Of a stretch of DNA of 64,000 nt, positions 1-13,290 are shown piece by piece; the first letter of the stretch is position 1; each line of letters starts with the position of its first letter. Origin of the DNA: Mobula birostris (taxonomy: Eukaryota). A program made the position numbers and the translations under genes. The DNA is taken from contig NC_092370.1 in the NCBI RefSeq assembly GCF_030028105.1, positions 125,018,221 through 125,082,220 of the forward strand, written 5' to 3'. Below the pieces are notes generated by a model. The model had not been told where the DNA came from and did not search any database. It worked only from the letters and a program-made list of their open reading frames with translations.

Positions 1-525
1 AGAAGATTTGTTTCCCAGCAAGAGGATGACCCCAAGCATCATGCCAAAGCTACACAGGAATGGCTTAAAAACAACAAATTTAATGCCCTGAAGTAACCAA
101 GTCAGAGTCCAGACCTCAATACAATTGAGAATTTGTGGCTAGACTTGTAAAGGGCTGTTCACTCACGATCCCCATGCAATCTGACAGAGCTTGAGCAGCT
201 TTGTAAAGAAGAATGGAGGAAAATTGTAGTGTCCAGATGTGCAAAGTTAAAAGAGACTTATTCACACAGTCTCAAGGTTGTAATTGCTTCCAAAGATGCA
301 TCTACTAAAAACTGACTTGAAGGGGTGAATACTATGCAATGAATTTTGTGTTTTATATTTGTATTTAATTTCGATCACTTCATAGAGATCTGTTCACACT
401 TTGACAGAAGAGTATTTTTCTGTTGATCAATGTCAAAAAAGCCAAATTAAATCCAGTGTGGTTTAATATAAAAGAATAAAGCATGAAAACTTCCAAGGCG
501 AGGTGAATACTTTTTATTGGCACTG
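1..525 (+). mobile_element. Tc1 DNA transposon, 3' part (degenerate transposase C-terminus plus right TIR)
   Basis: Frame 1 reads QQEDDPKH...PSQSPDLNTIENLW...NLTELEQLCKEEW with internal stops. Ends ...ATTGGCACTG followed by TA at 526-527. Confidence 0.9.
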
Positions 526-1337
526 TAGATGGACAATGCTTTTCGTTAGATTAGCCAAATGACCTGAAGCCCTGCCATTTCTAATAACCATGAAGCCCTG
601 GGATAATTTCATTGACATTTTGAAATATCTCATAATTTTTCATTTACCATTTATTAAACAGGAATACTCAGGGTCCACAGTAACCGGAGGTAATGAGTGA
701 CCTAATCAGTTGAATTATTAAGCAATCAGTTGAATTGTTGCAGCAGCATTACACAACCAGCAAGGATAAACAACATTTGATAAATCGATTGTTCCAAAAC
801 AAAACCATCTTCATTTTGTCCTCATCCATTGCAAACACCCATGCAAAGGTCACTTGCGAAGATTTTCCTCTCCTGCCACAGTTTCACATCCCAAGTTTAT
901 TAATTATTTCCAATGACAGACTTTGGTTCAAAGCTTTCTCCATACTTCATGGTTAAGCTTAAGCAGGCTGTTCCACACTTCCTTACATAATTGACTGGGG
1001 GATATGATCAGGTGTGGCATATATTTCTGAAAATGGTCAGAGTCGATTGAGCATTCCTGGTTGTGTTTTGGAGATCAATTTAATATTGTGTGACAGAGCA
1101 CAGAATACCAGCTTGCCCATTGATGTGTTCCATGAATCAAGGGCTAGATTATCTGCTTCTATCAAGTTGCCTATCCTTTATATTACCCCAGCTCGTGTAT
1201 ATCTGTCTGAGCAGGCAAGCATCCAATCACTTGAGGGTTCATCACAATGAAGGTACCTCTGGTGGGGCACCATTTCCTCTGAATGGCATGGCATTATCAA
1301 CTGAAATCCAACGGGGAAGCAAGACCACCACAAGGCG

Positions 1338-2115
1338 ACACACACACAAAATGCCGGAGGAACTCAGCAGGTCAGGCAGCATCTATGGAAATAGTTAGTA
1401 TTTCAGGCTGAGACCCTTCATCTGAACTGGAAAGGAAGGGGAAGATGCCAAAATAAAAAGGTAGGGGGGAGGGGAAAGCTAGAAGCTAATAGATAAAGTC
1501 ATGTGGGATGGGGGGGTGAAGTAAGAAGCTGGGAGGTGATAGGTGGAAAAGGCACAAAAAGGATGAAGAAGAAGGAATCTGTTCAGAGAGAAGAGTGGAC
1601 CATCGGAGGAAGGGAGGTGATAGGCATTCATGTCATCGCTGGAATATAAGGTGTTGCTCCTCCACCCTGAGTGTGGTCTCATTGTAGCAAAAGAGGAGGC
1701 CATAGACCAACATTTCTGAACCAGAATGGGGACAGCCCTAATAAATTCACAGGTGAAGTGTTGCCTCACCTGGAAGGACTGTTTGGGGCCCTGAATGGAG
1801 GTGAGGGAGGAGGTGAATGGGCAGGTGTAGCATTTCAGTCACTTGCAGGGATAAATGCCAGGAGGGAGATCGAAGAGAAGGGGCGAATGGCCATGGGAAT
1901 CACGTAGGGAGCAATCCCTGCGGAAAACAGAGGGTAAAGATGTGTTTTGTGGTAAGGTCCCATTGAAGGTGGCGGAAGTGGCAGAGAATTTGTATTGGTT
2001 GTGGTGGCTTATGGGGTGGTAGGTGAAGACAAGAGGACCCATTAATGGCAGGGTAACAAATAGTGAATTCAGTGGACTCACCCCCAGCATTTGTGTCTTC
2101 TGTTTCCTGGAATCT
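1338..2115 (-). mobile_element. Penelope-like element fragment (GIY-YIG region plus pseudo-LTR)
   Basis: Minus-strand peptides DLPPGIYPCK and MRQHFTCE. pLTR motif ACACAAAATGC.GGAGGAACTCAGCAGGTCAGGCAGCATC is shared with 62117-63500. Short inverted pLTR piece near 2070-2115. Confidence 0.8.
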
Positions 2116-3034
2116 TAGTTTTGGGAATTCCCCCCCCCCCCCCACCCTCCTTAAATCTACCTATCTATCACTGTCTGTGTTTTAAGATGCAAAGCAGGTA
2201 ACAAATTTAAAAGAAGATGTGATATTAAATGGGAAAATGATAATGATGCAAAACAAAAGTTGGTAATGGACAAGGAAGAAATGATGGTCCAAGAGAAATT
2301 GGAAACAGAATCATTTTAAGAAATTATTGAATATAACACTGTGCCTGGAAGCTACCTGGAAGATCAGAGCCGCTATGGGGGATCCTGATTTGGGGTATAT
2401 CCTGTGTCTCCATGCCTGGGGTACTGTATGATGTCGGTGCATTTGAGGAGATCCACAGAAAGACAGATGTTAGTCATGATCTTATTGAATGGCGATGTAG
2501 GCTTGAGGTAATGGTTGTTCTACTCCTGTCCCTCCATCTTGTGTTTTTTTTAAATGGAACAGTTAAAATGGGCTTCTTTTGTGCCTTTTAGTTTTTCTAT
2601 CTCCAGTATTGTAAAGTAATTCTTTTTGGATATATAATTTGTTATCACCACCCTTCCACTGATAAAACCAAAAAGATCACTTCATGTTTTCTGGTACTTG
2701 GGTTTTTATTCTTGTGAATTTCCTTTTTTGAAGAAGCAGAGCTTGTTGTGTTAATGAAGAAGCACATTTCAGATATGCTTCAAAAATTAAATTGAAAAGG
2801 TAAACTCTAGGCTTTCCATCCGAGGACATTGTGTCATAAATCAGATAATAAGCTTAATATTCTGCATGAAATGATAATTCTTCATGTTGAAGCTAAGTTA
2901 AAGTCTGCAGCAATTGTTTCTGAACTGCATTGTTGCTAGAGCATGACAATTTCTAATTGAATAACTTATTAATAGAAGAAACCTTGGATGCTGAGATCTT
3001 CAATAAGTAAGTTGCTTCAGTGATGTTAATTAAG

Positions 3035-3200
3035 GGATGAATATTTTCCCAGGATTCAGGAAGCTCCCTTGCTCTTCAAATGGTGCCATTTGTCTGATAC
3101 TGACTTGGTTTATGTTTCGTTTGGAAGTTAGTGTTGCTGACAAAGCAGCACACCCCTCAGTACCTCTCACTGGATTACGTGCTCAAGTGCCTAAAATCCA
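3035..3200 (-). mobile_element. Ancient Deu-domain SINE remnant (SacSINE1/AmnSINE-like)
   Basis: CTCCCTTGCTCTTCAAATGGTGCCAT...TTGGTTTATGTTTC...GCAGCACACCCCTCAGTAC resembles the Deu core as recalled; degenerate. Confidence 0.55.
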
Positions 3201-3849
3201 GAGGCTTTTTAGCATGGAGAAGCGTGTGCAACTCACTGAACTATTGCTACCAGTTACTTGATGGATGTACCCTGTACTGTCCCCTGCAGATGTTTTCAGA
3301 TGAAGAGATGGCAACAAAATCAAACATTTTACTTTAAGTTAGTATTAGTAAATCTGTTCACATACAGCTGCCTGATGTGCCAGCATTAGAATGAGGATAG
3401 TTTAAAACACAAACCATATTGTTTAAAGCATTATTGCGTCTTATGGTATAAAAGAGGAGGCTATTTGCCCCATTCTGCTAGTTCTTCAACACTGCATCCT
3501 CTGCTATTTCCCTAGAGCCTCTCAATTTTTTCCTCCTTCATGTTTTTAAAATTACCATTGAATCTGATTTCACCATTCTTTCCTAACAACTGACAGCAAA
3601 GTCTTCAATTGGTTGTTGTTTAAAAACCTATCATGGAGAAACACAAAATTACTTGCTAGTGGCTATACTCCTGATCAAGGATCTATTGTTGCTTTCACTT
3701 GTATGTACTGAGTATTGTATCAGTCAGTCAGGGGCACTGAAAGTCGAGTCGATTTTAACCATGTTAAACATAATTGCCTCAGTTGGATATTCAGAGTTCC
3801 CTGACTAGTTTGTTCCAGCTGAAATTTTGCATGACTGACAGCATTAACA

Positions 3850-4255
3850 CCAATTTCCAGTAATTTCTCTCACCTCCTCCTCCTCCTCTCATTTTCCATC
3901 CCCATTCTGGCTCCTCTCTTACCCCTTCTCCTTACCTGCCTATCGCCTCCCTCTGGTGCCCCTCTCCTTCCCTTTCTCCCAGGGTCCACGCTCCTCTCCT
4001 ATCAGATTCCTTCTTCTTCAGCCCTTTATCTTTTCCACCTGTCACCTCTCATTTCATCCCCCCTCCCATGCTCACCTACCTTCCCCCTAATTTGGCTTCA
4101 CCCATCTTCTTCCCTCTTCCTTTTTAGTCCTGATGAAGGGGCTCAGCACAAAAAGTGGATTGTTTATTCCTCTCCACAGATGCTGCCTCACCTGCTGAGT
4201 TCCTCCAGCATTTTGTGTGTGGACTTCCAGCATCTGCAGAATCTCTTTGTGTTTA
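3850..4255 (+). mobile_element. Penelope-like pseudo-LTR
   Basis: Pyrimidine-rich tract, then AGTCCTGATGAAGGG (decayed hammerhead), then GATGCTGCC...CTGCTGAGTTCCTCCAGCATTTTGTGTGT. Confidence 0.8.
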
Positions 4256-4864
4256 AAACTTTTCAGATTAGCTTTAGACTATAAATGCAGAAATGTGGTT
4301 TTATTTGTTAGGGAAAGGTCTGGTTATAAAATGAGTTCATTATGGCATTTCTCATCCACACTTGAATTTTAGAAAGTGTCCCACAATGTCAGTGCAATAT
4401 TGAAGTTGTGTTTGAAAGTTCCTTGACTTTTGAATCATAAATGCTGAACAGCTGATGGACTAGACTCCAGTGTCCTGAGGTTTTGCAGATAATAGATATG
4501 ACTTGGCCTCGGCCCCTCTTCAGTATAATTTTATTGACAGCAGTCAACCTTCTGAATTACATAAATATCCTTTGTAAAGATCAAACCCAGGATCTTATTA
4601 AAGTGAGATATTTTCTTTGCCCAAAGAATATAGATTTTTAATATCAAGGCTTTCTATTCACAGGAGCTACAGCTTTCACAAGATTTGTCTAACACAGAAA
4701 GGCAATAAAATGTAAACAATCCTCTGTCTTCTGCTTCATGTTTTCAAAGCAACTAAATCGAGCACAGCTGGGAGCTATCGTCTGTGGTATTTCAGAAATT
4801 GGGAGTAATGTAATAAAGATGCTGCAGAAATTCAGTCCAGATGAAGGGTCTTGACCTGAATCTT

Positions 4865-5300
4865 TGACTGGCTGGCTGAATAGAAGATTGGCTGACAGGC
4901 AGGAGACAACAAGTGGGAATAAAGGGGTCTTTTCTCATTGGCTGCCAGTGACGAGCAGTGATTCAAAGGAACTTGGGAGTCCTCATGGAGGATTCACTAA
5001 AGGTTAACTTTCTGGTTCAGTTAATGGTAAGGAAGGCAAATGCAATGTTGTCATTTGTTTTTGAAAGGACTAGAATATAAAAGCAGGGGTGTCATGCTAA
5101 GGCTTTATAAGGCGTTGATCTGACCGCACTTAGAGAATTGTAAGCATTTTAGAAGGACTGCTGGAGTTTAGAACAAGAAGGGGGCATCTCATTGAAACCT
5201 ATTGAATACTGAAAGGCCTAGATAGAGTGGACATGAAAAGATATTTCCTATAGTGGGGGAGCCTAGGACTAGAGAGCAGAGTCTCAGAAAAGAAGAGAAT
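4865..5300 (+). mobile_element. CR1 LINE RT fragment
   Basis: TGGCTGCCAGTGAC (WLPV), GGAAGGCAAATGCAATGTTG and CTCATTGAAACCTATTGAATA match the CR1 copy at 35100-35790. Confidence 0.8.
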
Positions 5301-6139
5301 TCCTTTATCAAATCAAGCTGAGGATAGTTGGTAATTGTCAAGGAAGCCACCTTCCCTCAGCAGTTTGTGCCTAAGCTAGTCTTGGAATTCCATATGCGCA
5401 GGATGCCCTTCACATCTGACCCCTTACTTTAACAGAGCTGTGAATGGGGTGACTGATCATGTCAAAGAAGATAAGTGCTTAATGTTTATAATAATTTGAT
5501 TTTTTGATAGGTTGATAATTAAATCTGTTGAATATTTTAGGAGGATTATCAGAGCCATTTTTAAATTGTTCAAAGCGTTTTGATAGTTATCAAGCTCCCA
5601 AAGATTTTCCAGAACATTCCTGGGTGAACCCTGTGAATAAACCTACCCGATCTGTTGTGTCTACTTTATCTGGTTACAGCCTGTCCTTTCCTTATCCAAA
5701 TAAAGTATGCCTATTGGGTGGGGATCTAGGATGGCAAACTGGACATTGGGCTGGTTCTGGATGATCTACCCTTCCCCGCACTTTACTGTGATACAGCACT
5801 GTAGTTATGTAGAATCCTACTCTTTCACAGGCGTAATGTGGCCTTAAGTGTACATGAATCTCACAGCATAGAAATCACAGTACAATAGACCATTCAATTC
5901 CAAGCAAACCTTCTCCCATCCTTCTACATCTAATCTAATGCTGTAAGCTTCTGTTCTTTTCTTTGTTGTAAGTATATTTAATTTCCCCTTAAAATGTATT
6001 CATATTTTGTGTTTTACATGCTGAGAACATTTCGGTAAATATATACGTGCGCTAGGTATATTTGCATATGTGAAGATCATAAAAAATCCATATTAAGCCT
6101 TTCCCAATAAGTCCTAGTGTTTTGACTTGTAAGTACTTA

Positions 6140-6400
6140 TATAGTCATAGAGTAATAAAGCATGGAGACCAGACCTTCAGCCCAACTCGTCCATGCTGAA
6201 CAAGATGCCCAACTAAGGTAATTCCATTTGCCCAGATGAGGCATATAACCTTTCCTGTTCATGTACCTGTCCACATGGCTTTCCCGTGTTGCTCTTGTCC
6301 ATGCTTCAGCTACTTTCTCTGGCAGCTCATTACATATATAAACCACCCCCTGTATGAGCAAGTTTCCCCACAGGTCCTCTCACCTCAAACCTGTGCCCTC
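6140..6400 (-). mobile_element. CR1 LINE 3' end
   Basis: Minus peptide VVYICNELPEKVAEA...VDRYM matches the CR1 C-terminus WNxLPxxVVEA. Confidence 0.75.
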
Positions 6401-6404
6401 TGGT

Positions 6405-7810
6405 TACAATTGGAATTGGTTTATTACTGTCACATGCACTGAGATACAGTGAAAAGTTTGTCTTGCATATTGTTAATACAGATCAATTCTTAAGTAGTGC
6501 ATTGGTGGTAAAACAATAATAGATTACAGAATAAAGTACATTAGCTCTGTAGTAGGCAGGGCATCTTTAAGGAGCAGTTCCCCAGAAAGGCAGCATCCAT
6601 CATTAAGGACCCCCATCACCCAAGGCATGCCCTCTTTTCATTGTTACCATTAGGATGGATATACAGAAGCCTGAAGGGGCACTCTCAACAATTCAGGAAC
6701 AGCTTCTTCTCTGCCATCCGATTTCTGAATGGACATTGAACCCATGAACACTATCTCACTACCTTTTTATTCCTTTTTTTTTTGATTTGCGCTACTTATT
6801 TATTATAGCTATTTTTATATGTAATAGATTTACTGTAATTCAGTTCATATTAACATGTATTGCATTGAACTGTGCCGCAAAGTTAACAAATTTCACAATA
6901 CGTGCTGGTAATATTAAACCTGATTCTGATTCTTCTGATTATGAGAAAGTGCAGTGCAGGTAGGCAAGAAGGTACAATATCCATAACAATTGTGAAGTTA
7001 AGATCCATCTTATCGTACAAGGAGATATTCAGTAGTCTTTTAAGAGTGGAACAGAAGCTGTCCGTGAGCCTGGTGATATGTGCTGTCATGCTTTCATATC
7101 TTCTGCCTGATGGGAGAAGGCAGAATGTCTGGATGAGTGGGTTTTGAGTTATGCTGACTGCTTTACTGAGGCAACAAGAACTGTACACACATCTGTGATA
7201 TGCCGAGCTGTGTCTCCAACTCTGCAAATTTCTTGCAGTACGGACAGACCATTTGCCAAACCAAGCCTTGATGCATCCAGATAGGATTCTTTCAATGGTG
7301 CATCAATAGAAGTTGGTGAGGTTCGATGGGGACATGCCAAATTTCTCTAGCCTCTTGAGAAAGTAGAGGCATTTTAGTGATCTTTCTTGGCTATGGTATC
7401 TACACGGTTAGACCAGGTCAGGCTGTTGGTGATGTTGGCTCCTAGGACCATGAAGCTTTCAACCCTCTTAATTTCAGTGCCACTGATGAAGACAGGAGCA
7501 TATTAACCATCTCCTTCCTGAAGTTAATGACCAGCTCTTTTGTTTTGCTGACATTGAGGGAAAGGTTGTTGTCATAACTCTATGTTACTCTGCTCTCTTT
7601 TTACTTCTTGTACTCCGACTTTTCATTATTTGAAATACAGCCCTCGATACTGATATCATCCCCAGACTCGTAAAAATGGAGTTAGAGCAGATTCTGGCCG
7701 CTCAGTCATGACTGTAATGGGAATAGAGTAGGAGGGCTGAGGACACGGCCTTCTGGGGCTCTAGTGTTGAGAATAATCATGGCAGAGGTATTGTTGCCTT
7801 TCTATAAGTC
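6405..7810 (-). mobile_element. Rex1/Babar LINE fragment (minus) with a plus-strand Rex 3' end (~6560-6935) inserted
   Basis: Minus peptide LLPSGRRYES and reverse of KTKELVINFRK. The plus piece ends AATATTAAACCTGATTCTGATTC, an (ATTCTG)n tail. Confidence 0.75.
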
Positions 7811-7879
7811 TTGTGTCTATTGTCTGAAAGTTGGAGATGAATTTGGTGTTGTCTACCTATACTTGAAATTTAGTGACGT

Positions 7880-8185
7880 GGCCGGCTGGTGGCGCAATGC
7901 CATCAGCGCCGGATTCTGGAACGAAGGTTCCAGGGTTCGAATCCAGTCGGAGCCGCTCCCGAGTACGCTTTCCATCCATGCCCGGTTGAGTGTCGAGATC
8001 GCAACTCGACCTCATAAAATAAAGGGGAAAATACTGCAAAAGGTCTGTGTGAGGAGTGGCGCGCCACACAGTCTCTCTCTTGCTCCGCGCCTTGTAGAGG
8101 CATGAAAAAGACATCATCCCGCCAACATCGCACACAAACGGATGCACACATGCAGACGCACACGCATGCACATGCCAAAAAAAAA
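7880..8185 (+). mobile_element. Young tRNA-derived SINE with A-tail and 15-bp TSD
   Basis: A box TGGCGCAATGC, perfect B box GGTTCGAATCC, A9 tail. TSD GAAATTTAGTGA(C/T)GT at 7865-7879 and 8186-8200. CpG-rich. Confidence 0.92.
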
Positions 8186-9354
8186 GAAATTTAGTGATGT
8201 TTGCTGGAAATTATAATATTGAAGGTGGAGGTATAGTCCATAAACAATAGTCTAATGTAAGTGGCTCTAATGTAAGTGGCTTTTCTGTCCAGATGCTGCA
8301 GAGATGAGTACAGGGCAAGGGAGATGGCACCCACCGTAGATAGACCTTTTTTGCAGATAGGCCAATTGCAGTACCTGGAAAAAAATACTGTGCATTCACC
8401 TTTTCTGTTCCCCTTATGATTGTATACATCTGTATAAGGTCACTTCCCCAACTCCCTGGACTATAATCCTATGCTGAACAGGAGGATTGAAAAGAACATG
8501 GGGAAACTTGGAGTTTAGTGCAGTTTTGTTTCCCTGAGCCATTGCCATTCATTATGGCTTCAAGTCATCAGGATCCTTCAATAAGCTCAGCTTATTGTTA
8601 AAGTAGGACTTGCATTTTCACAGAACCTTTCACAATCCCACGATTTTCCATTGGCTTTAAAGTAAATGTATCACTGCAGATAATGCGTAATGATCTTTTG
8701 CTGCAATACAAACAGATCCTGACTTGTGCATCTCAGTGAAGAGTGATGTATCTTTCCCCACTGCATGCACTGAGTGCAAAAATGTTAGCTGTATCATGCT
8801 AAGGTTGAATTTGAGGAATAGTTTCCTTCTGCAGTGAGTGATGTAGCAGTAAAAACATTCTAAGTACTGGTTCAGAATGCATCGTTAACGGCTGCTGTTG
8901 TCTTCAGATGTTGGTATTAGTGTAGGATGTGTATAAATGGGTTCACGGTGGTCATTGTGGGGTAGGTGGGCCGTGAGACCTGTACCACGTAACTGTGACT
9001 AAGGTGTAAAAACTGATGAATGTCTGTATATTCAACTTGACATTGTTATTACTTTTAACTACTTGTCTCTTTTGTTTCTTATTATTTCAGCCTTGCCATT
9101 TAAGTTCACAAAGCACAGAAACTGGTTTTCAGTCCACTATGCACATGCTGCCCATAGTACAATCTACACTAATCCTGTTTGTCTGTATTAGGCTTCCTAT
9201 GTCTTGGCAATTCAAGTGCTTGTTCAGAAGAAATTATTGGCCCAGAAAGGGGTTTGAATATTACTTGAGTAGCTCTTAAAACTGGAGTAGGGATAAAAAG
9301 AGAGGAAGTACTTGTGCTGTACTGTTTAACTTATTTTGTGTTTGAGTACTGGCA

Positions 9355-9990
9355 TTAATCCCACTAATCTCCCTCCCGGCACTTATCCCTGCCAGTAGCC
9401 TAAGTACACCTGCCTATACAGCTCCCTCCTCACCTCCATTCAGGGCCCCAGGCAGTCTCTCCAGACGAGACAACACTTCACCGCTGAATCTGCTGGGGTC
9501 GTCTCTTGTGTCCGGTGTTCCCAATGCAGCCTCCTCTTCATTGGTAAGAACAACCATACAATCCGCCACAAGCAGGACTTCCAGGTGGCCAAACACTTTA
9601 ATTCCAATTCCCATTCCTGTTCCAGTGTGTGTATGGCCACCTCTTGTGCAAAGATGAGGCCACCCTCAGGATAGAGGAACAAAACCTTATATTCCGTCTG
9701 GGTAGCCTCCAACCTGATGGCATGAACATCGATTTTCCCTTCCTCTATTCCTCACCCTTTTACCTCTTTCACTTCTTCTCACCCGCCTATTACATCCCAC
9801 TGGGTCCCCTCCTCCCTCCCTTTCTCCTGTCATCCACTCTCCTCTCCTGTCAGATTCCTTTTTATTCTGGCATCTTCCCCCTTCCTTCTCAGCCCCAAAT
9901 AAGCGCCATGGGAGCAATGTTGACTATCTGTTCATTTCCATAGATGCCGCCGCCTGGCCTGCTGAATTCCTCCAGCGTTTTGTATGTTTT
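9355..9990 (+). mobile_element. Penelope-like element fragment (GIY-YIG C-terminal part plus pLTR)
   Basis: Peptide EATLRIEEQNLIFRLGSLQPDGMNIDF. pLTR end GATGCCGCC...GCTGAATTCCTCCAGCG. Confidence 0.85.
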
Positions 9991-10184
9991 TTTTTGATTA
10001 CGTTGGCTACTTTCCAGAATCAGTGGAAAGTATAGCCAGAGTTAATGGAGTATACTGTAGCTTAATTTCTTATCTTTTTTGCTGTCACTAGAATCATAGA
10101 AAAGTTTGCACCACAGAAAGAAGGCATTCATCCTTATTGTATCCATAGTGATAGATGAATGGTTTGGTAATCCTGTATCCCTTT

Positions 10185-10500
10185 GGTGTTAGAGTGGTGC
10201 AGCTCGGAGAGCTGCTGTCTCACAATTTCACTCTCTCAGGTTCAATCTTGACCTCTGTTGCATGCCCTCCCTGTGACTCTGTGGGTTTCCTGCAAGTGCT
10301 CCAGTTTCCTCCCATATCCCAAAGATGTGCATGTTGGTCAAATGAATGGCAGTTACAAATTGCCTGTCGTGTGTATGTGAGTGGTGGAATCTGGGGAGAG
10401 TTGATGGGGAAAATAAGGAGAATAACGCAAAGGGATTAGCACAGATTAGTATAAATGGGTGACTAATAGTCAGTGGGGATTTAATGTACATTTGTCTATG
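10185..10500 (+). mobile_element. V-SINE (tRNA head plus V domain)
   Basis: A/B-box-like TGGTGCAGCTCGG and GGTTCAATCTT. V domain GTGGGTTTCC...GTGCTCCAGTTTCCTCCCATATCCCAAAGA. Confidence 0.8.
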
Positions 10501-11399
10501 GCTGTCAATTACACCTTGAGGTACTGTTCAAATGTAGTGAGATGTTCTGCTTCCATCACCCTTAAGAGAAGTGAATTTCAGACCTTGGAGTCTTCATCCT
10601 CTCTCTAACTCTTCTACAAATCCATGCCACTTCATTGCTGACTCCTTCACTGGGGGAAGTAACTCCATCCTATTTATGAAGATGTCTCAGAATTTCAGGC
10701 TCTTGCAATTAAATGTCCTCTCAGCCTCCACAACCTTAAGGAAAGCGATACCAATTATTCCGATATTTCCTCATAACTGGAATACAAAAGGCACCGTGCA
10801 TTGCTTTTTAGTGAAAAACTGTTTTCTCTTTTCTGAGAAAGTTCAAACGAGCAGAGACACAAGAGGCTGCAGATACTGGAATCTAGAGCAACGCACGAAT
10901 TGCTGGAGTGGATCAGGAGGTACCTACATTGTGTCCAGATGAAGAGTCTCAACCCGAAGTGTCAATTGTCCATTTCCCTCCATGTGCAAACTAACCATGA
11001 TTTTACTTTTCCCTTTTTTGCAGAGATATATTTCTTTCTCTCCCATCCCAATGTAACATTAGAGCTAGTTTTCAGTATTGGCAGCAGTCTTGTAACATAT
11101 GCTTTGGGTAATGGCAGAAGACTGGATAATGATGCACAATGTTTTGCAAGACTTGTCACAGAATGTCATGCAGATCGATATTTTGCCAAGGGTGGTGGAA
11201 GTTTGTTCTCTGTTGCTTGCTTGCACCAAGCATGTACTTGAAATCATTGGAATCAAATTTCTGAAGAAGAATGTAAAGCATAATCACTTTATCACCTTGC
11301 CTACAGAGAAGGCTTTTGTGATACTGGCCTTCAAGAGAGCACTGAATATAGACATTGGGAGGTCATGGTGCAGGCAAGTGAGGCGGCACTGAGTATTGC

Positions 11400-11955
11400 C
11401 ACAAACAAGAGAAAATTTGCAGATGCTGGAAATCCAATTGACACCCATACAGAATGCTGGAGGCACTCAGCAGACCAGGCAGCATCTGCAGAAAGGAGTA
11501 AACAGTTGTCGTTTCAGTCCGAGACCCTCCATCAGGACTGGGGGTAAAAAGATGAGAGGTCAGGGCAAGAAGGTGGAAGGGAGGGGAGGAAGAAGTAGAA
11601 GGTGGTAGGTGACAAGTGAAACCAGGGGAAGGGGAGGGGTACAGTAAAGAGCTGCGGAGTTGATTGATGAGAGAGATAAAGGGCTGGAGAAGGGGGAATC
11701 TGATAGGAGAGGGTAGAAGACCATGGGAGAAAGGGAAGGAGGAGGAGCACCGGGGGAGCTGATGGGTGGGTAAGGAGAAAAGATGAGAGAGGGAAACAGG
11801 AATGGGGGAATGGTGAAGAACGGTGGGGGGGGGGGGGGGGGGGGGAGCCACAATACCAGAAGTTTGAGAAATCGATGTTCATGCCATCAGGTTGGAGGCT
11901 ACCCAGATGGAATATAAGGTGTTGCTCCTCCATCCTGAGTGTGGCCTCATCACTT
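11400..11955 (-). mobile_element. Penelope-like pLTR plus endonuclease C-terminus
   Basis: Minus peptide MEEQHLIFHLGSLQPDGMNIDFSNF. Hammerhead-like CAGTCCTGATGGAGGGTCTCGGACTGAAACGAC at 11540-11508. Confidence 0.88.
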
Positions 11956-11964
11956 AGATTATTT

Positions 11965-12630
11965 GTGTTGAGTTTTGGCCACCTTCCTACAGGGAAGATG
12001 CAATTAAGCTAGAAAGGATTGAGGGGCTGTGTTTTTGGGAGAGGTTGGGCAGGCTAGGATTTTATTTTTTTGGAGTGTAGGAGATGTGTAGGTTTTCGTA
12101 AGTAAAATGGCAGAGGCTTTTTAAGTTTAAGGAAAACCATAAGAACTCACTTTGCTGTCAAGCAAACACAGAACATAAAGCGTGGTAAAAAAAATACTTC
12201 ACATTATTACGTCATCACATCAGAGTTTGTGAATTATGCATATGTTTCCACCCCATACATTACCCCACAGACTCAGCAGTGATCTTACAGAGGTGTATAA
12301 ATCATAAGTGGCATAGCTAGGGTTAATGCACGCTGTCTTTTTCCAGGGTTGGGGAATCAGGCACTAGAAGGAATAGGTTTAATTGAGAGGGTAAAATTTA
12401 AGAACCTGAGAGGCAACATTTAGTTTAACACATAATGAACTGCCAGAGGAAGTAGTTGAGGCAGATACATTAACAACTTTTAAGAGACATTTGGACTGGT
12501 ACATGGGATAGGAAAGCTGTCAAGGGATATGGGAAAAATGTTGGCAAATGGGACTAGCTTGGAAGGGGGGTTTAGTCGGCGCAGACAGTTTGGGCAAAGG
12601 GGCTGTTTCCTTGCTGTATGACTCAGTGAC
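11965..12630 (+). mobile_element. CR1 3' fragment interrupted at 12087-12269
   Basis: CR1 motifs GTGATCTTACAGAGGTGTATAAA and AATGAACTGCCAGAGGAAGTAGTTGAGGCAG; tail TTGCTGTATGACTC. Confidence 0.75.
12087..12269. mobile_element. Short TG...CA-bounded insertion (candidate solo LTR)
   Basis: Starts TGTAGG and ends CCCACA. The CR1 sequence resumes where it was broken. TSD is not convincing. Confidence 0.4.
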
Positions 12631-13252
12631 TGTAATTGCTAATAGTTTGTGCAACTGGTGATTAACTTCCTGCTCAATTTCTTTCAGGCTGCCTATGCAG
12701 AATGGTAATGCGCATCCTGTATAGTGTAGGAGTACTGGAAGTGCCACCACGTGTGTGTATTCTCCCCCCCCCACCCCCACCCCTACCCCTATCATTATAA
12801 ATGCCCCACAATGCATGAAACAAAGCTGGTTCCAGCAGCAGTCTGAGCTGACTCCATTAGAAGTCTGTGGAGCCACCCCGAATATGTTATCTACAGTCAA
12901 TTTGCTAAAAAGACAACATCTCTTTATCCTATCTCAGGAATTCTCTACCCCAGAGCATTGTGGAAACTAGATCATCAGCAGTATTTAAGGTGGAAGTCAA
13001 TAAATTTTTTGAAGATAGGGGAATTTAAGGCTTTAGGGGAACTGGCACAGAACAGATATTGAAGCCAGGATAAGCCAGGCATGACGATATAAGGGAAGCA
13101 GCTGCATCCTATCCATATTGGTACCTCATATATAATTTTATGCTGTGCTGTAAAATCTTCTGTCAGCCTTCTCTATTCCAAGGAAAGCAACACTAACCAT
13201 GACTGGGCACGTCTGAGGGGACTGGTTGCCCACTCCTGCTCATATATACGTT

Positions 13253-13255
13253 GTG

Positions 13256-13286
<31 letters not shown>

Positions 13287-13290
13287 TATG
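13253..13290. repeat. (TG)n microsatellite
   Basis: Direct reading. Confidence 0.95.

Noticed and set aside
7880-7960. tRNA gene
   Set aside because: It has A/B boxes but no proper cloverleaf, and it continues into a body with an A-tail and TSD, so it is a SINE.
9060-9135. Exon after the strong-looking acceptor TTTGTTTCTTATTATTTCAG
   Set aside because: No convincing donor or recognisable peptide, and it runs into CR1-like tail debris.
11363-11933. Proline/serine-rich ORFs
   Set aside because: They are translations of the purine/pyrimidine tract and poly-G of a Penelope pLTR.
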